Source of the DNA: a virus
Taxonomy: Duplodnaviria; Caudoviricetes
Length of the DNA: 30,931 bases
Strand: one strand, 5' to 3'
IMG/VR virus record: IMGVR_UViG_3300042341_000071
Location: 1-30,931 of that record
The translations under genes and the position numbers were made by a program. Position 1 is the stretch's first letter, and every line of letters starts with the position of its first letter. A model generated the notes under the pieces. The model did not search any database and was not told the DNA's origin. It worked only from the letters and a program-made list of their open reading frames with translations. Below are positions 15,228 to 23,234 of the stretch, piece after piece.

Positions 15228-15318
15228 GTATTCTTTTTTTATAGTCCACCTACTCAGCTTGTGAGTAAAGGGACTTGATAATGATCCGGTAACTGTTCTA
15301 ATGGTAAGTATCCAGATA

Positions 15319-15585
15319 CTATTTCTTAAACCTCTTGACTACAAACTTAGATGCTAATGTCGCAATAGCTTTAAGGAATTTATTTTCTGACTCCACAGTT
15401 ACCTTAGTTCCTGTCTCATCTTTTTTGATGTTGACATCTACTTTCTTACCATCATAGTCAAGCTCATGATTAGTGCCATCTTTGTGGTATTCTATCTCTG
15501 CCTTATTTGTTTGGATGATAACATCTGTCTTATCACCTTCAATGTTAACCTGTACTTTTTTAGGTCTGCCTACTTTCTTTGCCAT
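15319..15585 (-). CDS. Hypothetical basic protein (88 aa) with AT-hook-like N-terminus
   Basis: KKVGRPKK, a beta-strand-like middle and an amphipathic basic C-terminal helix. Confidence 0.75.
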   Translation of the reverse strand: MAKKVGRPKKVQVNIEGDKTDVIIQTNKAEIEYHKDGTNHELDYDGKKVDVNIKKDETGTKVTVESENKFLKAIATLASKFVVKRFKK

Positions 15586-15591
15586 AATATA

Positions 15592-15966
15592 TTATTTACT
15601 CCAACGTGCCTTAGTGTTCCTGTGGTCATAATGTATCCAGGTGCTATAGATACCAATACCACCCTCTTCCATCTTACCTGCTGCAATAAGTTTCTCAATC
15701 ACAGCTGCCACCTCTTTTGGTGTCATGCCGGCAATCTTAAAGTCAGCTGCCTCACCTGTGATATGCTTAGATGATTTCACTCCACCTACCTTAGCATTGT
15801 GCTCAGGTGATCTGTATCCACTTGTAATCTTGATAGGCTTCCCTACCTCATCTCTCAACACTTGTAAATTCTTAGCAAGTGCAAAGATGTTTTGAAATAC
15901 TGTATCTGAGATCACAAATCCATGCTTGTTAAACTCAGACAGGTTAAAATTAGTTGTTAGTTTCAT
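15592..15966 (-). CDS. Endolysin, peptidase M15A family (124 aa)
   Basis: 'ITSGYRSPEHNAKVGG..SSKHITGEAAD' (HxxxxxxD) and 'WIHYD'. Confidence 0.92.
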   Translation of the reverse strand: MKLTTNFNLSEFNKHGFVISDTVFQNIFALAKNLQVLRDEVGKPIKITSGYRSPEHNAKVGGVKSSKHITGEAADFKIAGMTPKEVAAVIEKLIAAGKMEEGGIGIYSTWIHYDHRNTKARWSK

Positions 15967-16168
15967 TGGTTTTTATTGTTAATTGTGATAGTGTTGCTGC
16001 TACTGTTCCTGCTGTTGCCACATATCCTGCCACAGTTATGACTGCTGCAGGTAGTGTAATAGGTGCAGCAAGGATAACTCCTGCTATTGCACCCACTGTT
16101 ATGGCTGCCTGTTGTACTCTCTTCCAGAACTTAGGAGTCGGAGCATTCCATCTTTGTGCTAATGTCAT
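15950..16168 (-). CDS. Putative holin (72 aa, two TM segments)
   Basis: 'RWNAPTPKFWKRVQ' followed by long Ala/Val/Ile hydrophobic stretches; precedes the endolysin. Confidence 0.7.
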   Translation of the reverse strand: MTLAQRWNAPTPKFWKRVQQAAITVGAIAGVILAAPITLPAAVITVAGYVATAGTVAATLSQLTIKTNETNN

Positions 16169-16455
16169 CTTAAATTTATTTCTATTAGTTTCTTAACTGA
16201 TTGAGTGAGCTCACTTATCTGCTCAGCAAGATGCTTGATTTCAAGTTGTGTCATTTTCTCAATGGCTTCATATTTAAACCTTGCCTCATTATCAACAAGT
16301 TCAATCTTGCCTTTGAGCCTTCCTTGAGTCTCAATGATATCCTTTTGTTCCTTCATAACACTTCTTAAGTCACTATGTAAACTCTTTAAAAAATACCCTA
16401 TGCCAGATATGAGTACTGTTATTACTGTAAATGCTACTTCATTAAATCCCATCAC
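16165..16455 (-). CDS. Lysis-module membrane protein, N-terminal TM plus coiled coil (96 aa)
   Basis: 'VAFTVITVLISGIGYFL' followed by heptads. Confidence 0.65.
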   Translation of the reverse strand: MMGFNEVAFTVITVLISGIGYFLKSLHSDLRSVMKEQKDIIETQGRLKGKIELVDNEARFKYEAIEKMTQLEIKHLAEQISELTQSVKKLIEINLR

Positions 16456-17018
16456 AAAATCAATATGCTGTTATTATATCCATTCTCTCTAAATCCTCCA
16501 CAAGGACAGTCAAATCTACACACTTCCCCACAGTTGCAACCACAATGATCAATCATAGGTCTTAGGTCAGTATCTCTGTTCACCTCTGCTGTGAACTCAG
16601 GATATAAGTCCTTATTAGCTATCAAGTATCTTGTTAACCTGGTCTCAAAGAATGAAGCCTTTTGTGCGTAGTGCTCCATCCCAAAGGCCACCTCTGATCG
16701 AGTTACTGAACTTGAAAAATCCCCAAACTGAGTCTGCAGTCCTTTGTTTTTAAGTTGATATGTCAAGCCAAATACAGCATCCTCTGCACTTCTCCAAGCT
16801 ATGACAGGTTGAATATATGCCACAAGTGCCTCCTCATCATTAGTCAATGTCTGAGCATTGTACTTAGTTAGTAGATAGTTGTAGAATGTAGTGCCTAAGA
16901 TAGGCATAACTCTGAGCTGTGCCTGTGTTGCTATGTATGGAGTAACATCTGTTACATCAACATTGGCTGTGATAGGTGTGTTAGTCTTTAAGTATGTCTC
17001 TGTAATAAAGTATATCAT
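16452..17018 (-). CDS. Putative head-tail adaptor (188 aa)
   Basis: Follows the portal; 'FITETYLKTNTPITANVD...PILGTTFY...YIQP...YLIANKDLYPE' resembles Bacteroidota phage connector proteins. Confidence 0.6.
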   Translation of the reverse strand: MIYFITETYLKTNTPITANVDVTDVTPYIATQAQLRVMPILGTTFYNYLLTKYNAQTLTNDEEALVAYIQPVIAWRSAEDAVFGLTYQLKNKGLQTQFGDFSSSVTRSEVAFGMEHYAQKASFFETRLTRYLIANKDLYPEFTAEVNRDTDLRPMIDHCGCNCGEVCRFDCPCGGFRENGYNNSILIL

Positions 17019-18328
17019 GGTGCTGCAGGTGTTTCTGTTTGTATTGCATCTCCACCCTCAATTGGAGGTAGTGAAGCAAGAGCTCTTATCTCATTAGGTG
17101 TCATTTTCTCAAGTACCTTAGTAGCTACCAATGGACTTAATGAGTTCAAAGCATCTGATGTCTTAGAGGTATCACCTTCAAGCTCAATGATTGTCTCATT
17201 AATGATCTGAAAGTTGTTAATTGAGAACTTGCCCGGTATCTTAGCAATGGTCATTATCTCATTAACTATCTCCTCAACTCGTCTCCTCAATGGCATGACT
17301 ACATTTTTCTCAAATACAACATAAGCCTGCTTAATATCACTGCCTGATCCAAGAGATCCTTGAGTTCTTACTCCCATAAGGATGGGATCTATTGTGTGAG
17401 CAAAGCATATCTGCTCAGTGTTAAGGCTTGATGCCTCTTGAAACAACTTATCATTGCTGTTAGTTGGTAGGCTTTCAATCTTAGGTAACTGATCTTGATT
17501 ATTAGCAAAGAATGCAACAGCCTTACCGGCATTAGCTGCACCTTTCAACCTATCAATGGTCTGCTTAATCATGTGTTTCTCCTCCTCTGACTGTGGTCTC
17601 TTAGGGAACATCATAGCAAAGGATGGGAATATTGAGTTTTGAATGTTACTCTTAGCAAAGTATGATAGCTCGCCACTCAAAAATGCAAAGTTCAAAGCAG
17701 AGCTGTACTGTGGTAATGGATACCACTCCTGGCCCAAGGTCATTAACTCATAGCAATAGAGTTGCTCAAGGTCAGTGTTAGCAGGATGATACTTTTTTAT
17801 CTCTCTCACATCAATGCGAGCTGTCCAATCCTCACAAATAAAGTATGTTTCCTTATCTCTTGAAATCCTAACTCTCTCAGGTGATATGTTTTCAATCTTA
17901 TAGATTTCTCCTTTCTTATTGTAGCATAGTTTAAAGTACACTCTATGGTGAACTATCAACTGTTGAGCTATGGCTCTGATAGTTTTACCTAACTTAAGCT
18001 TCCTCTCAAAGGTATATAACTTGAGTTTATCCTCTTGAGACATTTTCTCAGTCTCAATAGTGTATCCTCCACCTGTTGCTGAGTTAGTCTTAAAGTCAAC
18101 GATAGCACCATGCAAAGGTGAGCTGTAGTATAGTTGATTAAGTAACTCTGGATAGAGGTTATCCTGCCCAAATGGAATGTAACCTGCTATCTGATAGCGG
18201 CCATTAACATAAGGGAGTGATAGGTTAGCTCCGCCTACCTTTTGAAATGGAGTAGAGAAGGACTGATATCCCTCCACTACTTCTGTTGCTTGTGGCTTAC
18301 TGCCTATAAATCTGTTATACCATGCCAT
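17015..18328 (-). CDS. Portal protein (437 aa)
   Basis: 'FGQDNLYPE...SSPLHGAI', 'ICFAHTIDPILMG', C-terminal 'MTPNEIRALASLPPIEGGD'. Confidence 0.92.
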   Translation of the reverse strand: MAWYNRFIGSKPQATEVVEGYQSFSTPFQKVGGANLSLPYVNGRYQIAGYIPFGQDNLYPELLNQLYYSSPLHGAIVDFKTNSATGGGYTIETEKMSQEDKLKLYTFERKLKLGKTIRAIAQQLIVHHRVYFKLCYNKKGEIYKIENISPERVRISRDKETYFICEDWTARIDVREIKKYHPANTDLEQLYCYELMTLGQEWYPLPQYSSALNFAFLSGELSYFAKSNIQNSIFPSFAMMFPKRPQSEEEKHMIKQTIDRLKGAANAGKAVAFFANNQDQLPKIESLPTNSNDKLFQEASSLNTEQICFAHTIDPILMGVRTQGSLGSGSDIKQAYVVFEKNVVMPLRRRVEEIVNEIMTIAKIPGKFSINNFQIINETIIELEGDTSKTSDALNSLSPLVATKVLEKMTPNEIRALASLPPIEGGDAIQTETPAAP

Positions 18329-18663
18329 TAGTCATAGATTGAATTAGTTTGTATCCCTGCCACTACCATGCGGCCCTCCTCTATCATAGTCAATCCTGTA
18401 GGATCAACTGTTGGAGTAGGACTCTGATAGACTTTATATCTGTATTGTCCCTTAATAAAGTCTATATCAGTAGGCTCATCGATAGTAAATAGGTTATATC
18501 TTGAAGGCCATGAGGAACTATCAACTCCCTGCCAATAGATAGGGTTGGCTGTAGTGTCAAACTCATCCTCAAATTCAAATAAATAATAAGGATTAGAGAT
18601 TGTTGTAACCTCTGTAAGTGTCAACACAAAGGTGTTAACAGTATCCTTCTCAAGATATATCAT
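18328..18663 (-). CDS. Virion structural protein (111 aa from MIYLEK)
   Basis: Start re-assigned to the ATG of late-motif copy 3; beta-rich 'RYNLF...GQYRYKVYQ...EEGRM'. Confidence 0.75.
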   Translation of the reverse strand: MIYLEKDTVNTFVLTLTEVTTISNPYYLFEFEDEFDTTANPIYWQGVDSSSWPSRYNLFTIDEPTDIDFIKGQYRYKVYQSPTPTVDPTGLTMIEEGRMVVAGIQTNSIYD

Positions 18664-18695
18664 ACCTATATTGTATCTCAAAGAAATAATTATTA
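18661..18695 (-). promoter_or_regulatory. Putative late promoter copy 3: TAATA-N15-TACAATATAGGT-ATG
   Basis: Exact 15-mer at 18661..18675, right after a terminator. Confidence 0.8.
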
Positions 18696-18719
18696 AAAAA
18701 GCCCCACCGAAGTGAGGCT
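18695..18719 (-). terminator. Intrinsic terminator GCCTCAC-TTCG-GTGGGGC-TTTTTT
   Basis: GC-rich stem, UUCG loop, U6. Confidence 0.9.
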
Positions 18720-18743
18720 CTTAGTTTATAATCTATGGCAAGA

Positions 18744-19265
18744 TTAAAGGAGACTTGGTATGATAGTAGCATCAACCTCATAAGCCAAAAACTCATTCTC
18801 AGCTACAAGTGTTACACTGTACTTAGAGCCATCTGCTCTTGTAGTTCCTGATCCTTCACCTGTTGCAGATAATTGCAAAAATGGGAAGTACCAATATTTA
18901 CCATTAGCATCCTCAACAATACCTGCTAAGTACTGTTGTCCTGCTCCTAATACTTTAATAGCTTTTGATTTCTCTTGATCTCTTCTATGGAACATCAAAT
19001 TGATAGTTGCAGTTACATAGCTTGAGCCATTAATTAAATCAATAGCAGAGTCCTCTGTAAATGAGGATACGTTTCTTCTGAACTCTAACTCAATAAAGGG
19101 GTCAGCTGTAGGTATAAATGTAATACCATCAACAATCCAATTAGTTCCTGTCTCATCTGTAGAGATAGATTGGATGTTATCTTGTTGGTTTACATAGAAC
19201 TTATAGATACCTCCTGAGTTATTGTCACAGCTTTTTAAAATTGTTTCTAAAGTTGCACAGCTCAT
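18744..19265 (-). CDS. Major tail tube protein (173 aa)
   Basis: 'MSC...SCDNNSGGI', 'IVEDANGKYW', 'SGT..ADGSKYSVTL' pattern of Bacteroidota siphovirus tube proteins; co-transcribed with the capsid gene. Confidence 0.75.
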   Translation of the reverse strand: MSCATLETILKSCDNNSGGIYKFYVNQQDNIQSISTDETGTNWIVDGITFIPTADPFIELEFRRNVSSFTEDSAIDLINGSSYVTATINLMFHRRDQEKSKAIKVLGAGQQYLAGIVEDANGKYWYFPFLQLSATGEGSGTTRADGSKYSVTLVAENEFLAYEVDATIIPSLL

Positions 19266-19287
19266 TTTAGTTGTTTTTTAATGTTTT

Positions 19288-19311
19288 AAAATAGGGGGTA
19301 TTTCTACCCCC
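19288..19311 (-). terminator. Hairpin GGGGGTA-GAAA-TACCCCC-TATTTT between capsid and tube genes (partial terminator or stabiliser)
   Basis: Perfect 7-bp stem, GNRA loop, interrupted U tract. Confidence 0.7.
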
Positions 19312-19330
19312 GTTATATATAAGGGAGAGA

Positions 19331-20263
19331 TTAGTCAAAACAAACGTTATACAAAACAATCTCTGCAGGGTTAACATAATGGAAACCTACTTTCATGTTA
19401 GCACGAGTTCTCAAATAAGGCTCAGCAACTGAATCAGATAAGTTAACAGCTTTCAATGCTTTGTCATCACCCTCTGCATCAAATGCATAGATAAGGTTAT
19501 TTCTCAAAGTCAACAAGATAGTGTTATCTGGCATACCTTCACAAACAACTACATTGATTCCTAAGAATGTTAAACCTAATGGAGTAGTAACATAAGTCAA
19601 AGTGTTACCTTGTGCAGCAGCAAGCTCATAAGCATTAGCTACATTAGTAGATACATAAAATCTTAACTCAGTTTTTCTTCTGCTAATAGTTGAAGGAGCA
19701 AGAGCAAGCGTAGCACTTAATTGATCAAGTACATTTGATGTATCAATAACACCTGCATACAATCCATTCACTGCCTCATCTCCACAAAGTCCTTTTAAGT
19801 ATCCATTACACAAAGACAATAAAGCATCCTCAGACTCTGTATCACCTTGCCATCTCAACAACTCGATATCTTGACCGATAGTCAGTGCCATTTCATTCCA
19901 GTAGTATGACATAAAAGATGCAACAGTGAAATCACCATTAGATCCTTTTGCCATTTGCAATGCTAAGAATGATTGCTCTAAGTCAAACTGACATAATTGA
20001 GCCATAGCTGACAAAGGACATACATCAATATCCACTGCATCTAATGAATCATTAGGAGCAGAGAAGTTACAAGTTGATGCTTGTAAGATGTTACCAAAAG
20101 TTACATTAGCAAGTTTTGTCTTTGACTTGATGCCCGGCAAGGAGCGAAAGTTAGATGCAATATCCTCTGATTGAAGATATGCTTTTGAGTAGAACTCCTC
20201 AGGGTTGGCACACAATAATGCGTTAGTCTCAACCTCTAAATTAAATTTTAAATTGCGGTTCAT
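19331..20263 (-). CDS. Major capsid protein (310 aa)
   Basis: Follows the protease/scaffold; 'IELLRWQGD', 'LTFLGINVVVCEGMPDN', 'MKVGFHY...EIVLY' suggest an HK97-type fold. Confidence 0.88.
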   Translation of the reverse strand: MNRNLKFNLEVETNALLCANPEEFYSKAYLQSEDIASNFRSLPGIKSKTKLANVTFGNILQASTCNFSAPNDSLDAVDIDVCPLSAMAQLCQFDLEQSFLALQMAKGSNGDFTVASFMSYYWNEMALTIGQDIELLRWQGDTESEDALLSLCNGYLKGLCGDEAVNGLYAGVIDTSNVLDQLSATLALAPSTISRRKTELRFYVSTNVANAYELAAAQGNTLTYVTTPLGLTFLGINVVVCEGMPDNTILLTLRNNLIYAFDAEGDDKALKAVNLSDSVAEPYLRTRANMKVGFHYVNPAEIVLYNVCFD

Positions 20264-20264
20264 T

Positions 20265-21248
20265 TTATTTGGTTTTTGAAAATTTTACAAATTCTTTAAA
20301 AAGCTCTCTTGAGCTCATCTTTTGGTTCTTAGCCTCAACCTCAATCTCCTCATCTCTTGGAGCTAAGTACTCCTCCATTTGGTTCTTAAGGTCAGCTATG
20401 ATAGCAAGTAGTTGATTAACTTGCTCCTCAATCACAGGTGATACTATTGCAAGTACAGCCTCAGCATCAGTAGTTGGGTCAACTGCCATCTCAACATCCT
20501 CAGCGGCAGCATCTGCCTCCTCCTCTTGCACATCCTCAGCAGCTTCATCAACTGTAGTCTCAGCCTCTTGCTCAGCCTCTTCTGTGGCAGGTTCTTCTGC
20601 TGCCAGTTCTTCTTTGTCTTTGATCTCGATAACCTCTCCGTCTTTTACAACATAGATTTTATCCTCAATCAAGTGTTCTCCATCAGGTAACTTCATTGTA
20701 TTTAGTTTTAATAATTCCGATAGTTTAAGTCCTAAGAATCCCTCAATAGAGTAACCTACTTGACCTGACTCAACAAGGCTATCATAGTACTCCTTATCAG
20801 TTACTTGGCTTGTTAGCATCAATGTGCCCTTAGGTACTTCAATACCATAGGTAGTGAATGCTTTGTCCTTTTTAGGGTTCTCAACTATCCAAGCCTCAAG
20901 GATGTAAGCAGGAACTTTTTCCTCTGCCTCATGCTCTAAGTTAAAGATATCTTTGTTCTGTAGGTTCTGCATGAACTTAGCATGAATAGACTCAATGACC
21001 TCCTCTGTGAATAGCACGTCATACTCAGTGCCATCCTCATCTCTACGATAGATTGACATTGGTATCATAGCTGGTGCCACAATACGCATCTTAATGTCAT
21101 CACTGAATGTCATTGGAGTAGCTTGATTGAATGCCATACCTTTTACCTTAATAGCAGGCTTGGCAGTGAAGGCAATCATTTCAATACCTAACTCCTCCCC
21201 ATCAGAGTACTCAGGGTCAATAGTTATCTTATAGACAGGTCTATCCAT
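20265..21248 (-). CDS. Prohead protease (XkdF/Peptidase_S78_2-like) fused to an acidic scaffold (327 aa)
   Basis: 'IVAPAMIP..IYR', 'NLEH', 'EAWIVE', 'GYSIEG', then an E/A-rich helical tail. Confidence 0.85.
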   Translation of the reverse strand: MDRPVYKITIDPEYSDGEELGIEMIAFTAKPAIKVKGMAFNQATPMTFSDDIKMRIVAPAMIPMSIYRRDEDGTEYDVLFTEEVIESIHAKFMQNLQNKDIFNLEHEAEEKVPAYILEAWIVENPKKDKAFTTYGIEVPKGTLMLTSQVTDKEYYDSLVESGQVGYSIEGFLGLKLSELLKLNTMKLPDGEHLIEDKIYVVKDGEVIEIKDKEELAAEEPATEEAEQEAETTVDEAAEDVQEEEADAAAEDVEMAVDPTTDAEAVLAIVSPVIEEQVNQLLAIIADLKNQMEEYLAPRDEEIEVEAKNQKMSSRELFKEFVKFSKTK

Positions 21249-21279
21249 GCCTATATTGTAAATAGTGTTATATTTGTTA
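21246..21279 (-). promoter_or_regulatory. Putative late promoter copy 4: TAACA-N14-TACAATATAGGC-ATG
   Basis: 14/15 match at 21246..21260; heads the protease-capsid-tube operon. Confidence 0.8.
21269..21276 (+). promoter_or_regulatory. Bacteroidota -7 element TATATTTG for the plus-strand gene pair
   Basis: TAnnTTTG 16 nt upstream of ATG 21293; no clear -33 box. Confidence 0.6.
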
Positions 21280-21292
21280 AAAATTAAAATCT

Positions 21293-21841
21293 ATGGTAAA
21301 AATTTTAGACAAAGAAATTCCTAATCAATTGAAGGAGTTAACAGTGCAACAGTTTGAGGATATCACATCTATCCATGCACAACAGGAATTAGATGCTATT
21401 GAGAAACATCTTAAAGTATTTGAGTTGTTTGGTATTACTGAGAATGACTTTGAGCATACCACCATTGAACAGTTCAAAACTTATGTCAAGGATTTTAACA
21501 ACATCAAAGGTAAGCCAGAACTACAGTCAACTATTGAGCTTGATGGATACAAGTACACAGCCTTTGAAGGTGAGGAGTTCAAGTTATCAGTGAGAGACAC
21601 TAAGCATATTGAGAAGGTCATGAACTCAAGGCATAAAGGATACATCTCTGAGATGTTAGCTATCTTATTCAAGAGAGATGACCTAAGCAAAGCAGAACAT
21701 TATGACACTACTCATATCAAGCATAAGTCAAAAATGATAAGAGAGCTCAAGTCAGAGTTAGCAGTTCCTTACTTAGTAGAAATTGGACAAAAACTGTCCA
21801 AAGAAATCAAGAGAAATGAAGCTCCCGAAATCGTGGAGTGA
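21293..21841 (+). CDS. Hypothetical protein, possible tail assembly chaperone-like (182 aa)
   Basis: Long ORF with its own promoter element; 'IPNQLKELTVQQFEDI' resembles the next gene. Confidence 0.8.
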   Translation: MVKILDKEIPNQLKELTVQQFEDITSIHAQQELDAIEKHLKVFELFGITENDFEHTTIEQFKTYVKDFNNIKGKPELQSTIELDGYKYTAFEGEEFKLSVRDTKHIEKVMNSRHKGYISEMLAILFKRDDLSKAEHYDTTHIKHKSKMIRELKSELAVPYLVEIGQKLSKEIKRNEAPEIVE

Positions 21842-22547
21842 GATTGATGTCCTGCAGTTTAAAGAGATAAGAGAGTTATATTCTATTGAGGAGGTATTTG
21901 CCAGAGAGATAGAGATACTCTCAGCTCTTGCAGGAGTGAGCTCAGATGAACTTGAGGACTTAGATGTAAGTGAGGTTAGTAATATGCTCAATGATATTAC
22001 ATTCATTAACTCTGAGCCATCTAAAAACTACAAGAGAGATATTGATCAGTGGAAGGTCAAGCCACTATCTAAGCTGACCTGTGGTGAGTTCATTGACTTA
22101 GAGTATTTCTTTGCCAATGACTATATTAAGCATCTTTGTCATATAGCATCTATCATGTACAGGCAACATACCACTAATGAGTGGGGGCAGTTGAGCTTTG
22201 AGCCTTATGAGTTTAATCCATTTGAGAGATATGACTTGTTTGATGAGTACTGTATCAATGATATCTATGGTATCATACCTGAGTACCTATCATTTAGACA
22301 GGATTTCATGGATAAGTATCACTTACTTTTTAATGAAGAGGATGGAGATGAGGAGGATGAAAATAAACCAATGACCTCTGATGAGTCTAAGGCACAAGCT
22401 GAGCAAAAGTCTGCTGTGAAATGGGGATGGGAGAGACTACTCTACTCTCTTTGTAATGAGGACTTGACTAAGTTTAAGCAAGTAACCGACCTACCTCTTA
22501 TCCTTACCTTTAATATGCTGTCAATGAAAAAAGAGCTTAATCTGTAA
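21816..22547 (+). CDS. Hypothetical protein, possible tail assembly chaperone-like paralog (243 aa from MKLPKS)
   Basis: 'LPKSWSEIDVLQFKEI', 'LTCGEFIDLE', C-terminal 'KWGWERLLYSLCNEDLTKFKQV'. Confidence 0.8.
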   Translation: MKLPKSWSEIDVLQFKEIRELYSIEEVFAREIEILSALAGVSSDELEDLDVSEVSNMLNDITFINSEPSKNYKRDIDQWKVKPLSKLTCGEFIDLEYFFANDYIKHLCHIASIMYRQHTTNEWGQLSFEPYEFNPFERYDLFDEYCINDIYGIIPEYLSFRQDFMDKYHLLFNEEDGDEEDENKPMTSDESKAQAEQKSAVKWGWERLLYSLCNEDLTKFKQVTDLPLILTFNMLSMKKELNL

Positions 22548-22983
22548 AATCTAATTTTCCTGTAAAGTTACCTCCAATAGGCTCAAATGTGTAGATAATA
22601 GATTTCTTTTCACCAAGTATCTGAGCTACTTGTAAGATAGGATAACGCTGTGTCATCCACTCAGTATATTGAGAATAGATTTCTGTTGTTATTCCAGAAC
22701 TATCCATCCTTTCAGTTAACTGAGCACAAAACTCATAAGGAGGTATTACTCCACCATTCCAAAGATTTGCACCATTATTCAAAAATCCAAAATAATACAT
22801 TGCAATAATCTGTATCTCAAGTTCACCAAGTGCAGGTATTTTTGCATTGATACGCACTGAGTCATATAATGCACCCGTATCAATAGCACCTGACTCTGAT
22901 ATTAACCTTTGTAATATCACTTGTATCTTTCTCCTTGTAGGATACTTAACATTGAATATACCATTATTTGCGTAGCGTGCCAT
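22537..22983 (-). CDS. Putative neck/tail completion protein (HK97 gp10-like, 148 aa)
   Basis: 'IDTGALYDSV', 'YYFGFLNNG'. Confidence 0.6.
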   Translation of the reverse strand: MARYANNGIFNVKYPTRRKIQVILQRLISESGAIDTGALYDSVRINAKIPALGELEIQIIAMYYFGFLNNGANLWNGGVIPPYEFCAQLTERMDSSGITTEIYSQYTEWMTQRYPILQVAQILGEKKSIIYTFEPIGGNFTGKLDFTD

Positions 22984-23234
22984 TATTCAAAAGGTGGTGG
23001 GGTTGGTTTTGGTTCGTATGGTATCAAATCTAAATCTTTTACCCAAAGATAATCAGGGTTTACGCATTGCTCCATTTCCTCAACTGAAATAACCCAGTTA
23101 TCATTCAAGTCTTGAATAGGATTAAAGTAAGAATCAGGTGCATACCATTGTCCGATTAATTCGTCTTTTTGTACCTCAGTCAATAGTCCGACATAGGTTA
23201 ACTTTTGTTCTGCTGTTAGTTGTGTTAGTTTCAT
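22983..23234 (-). CDS. Fibre-associated small protein (83 aa)
   Basis: 'YFNPIQDLNDNWVISVEE...WVKDLDLIPYEPKP'; ATGA overlap with the fibre gene. Confidence 0.75.
   Translation of the reverse strand: MKLTQLTAEQKLTYVGLLTEVQKDELIGQWYAPDSYFNPIQDLNDNWVISVEEMEQCVNPDYLWVKDLDLIPYEPKPTPPPFE

Noticed and set aside
15185-15275. Hammerhead ribozyme or preQ1 riboswitch (CTGAG, GAAAC..GTC, A-rich tail)
   Set aside because: No CUGANGA core, stem III would be too short, and there is no preQ1 loop consensus.
18664-18681. Upstream extensions given by the ORF track (also starts at 4463, 4707, 4970, 7074, 8478, 9536, 21783)
   Set aside because: Internal ATGs fit promoter positions and short gene overlaps better.
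21783-21841. G/GT-type -1 programmed frameshift between the plus-strand genes
   Set aside because: The second ORF is in the +1 frame, has its own ATG at 21816 with a paralogous N-terminus, and no XXXYYYZ slippery heptamer is evident.
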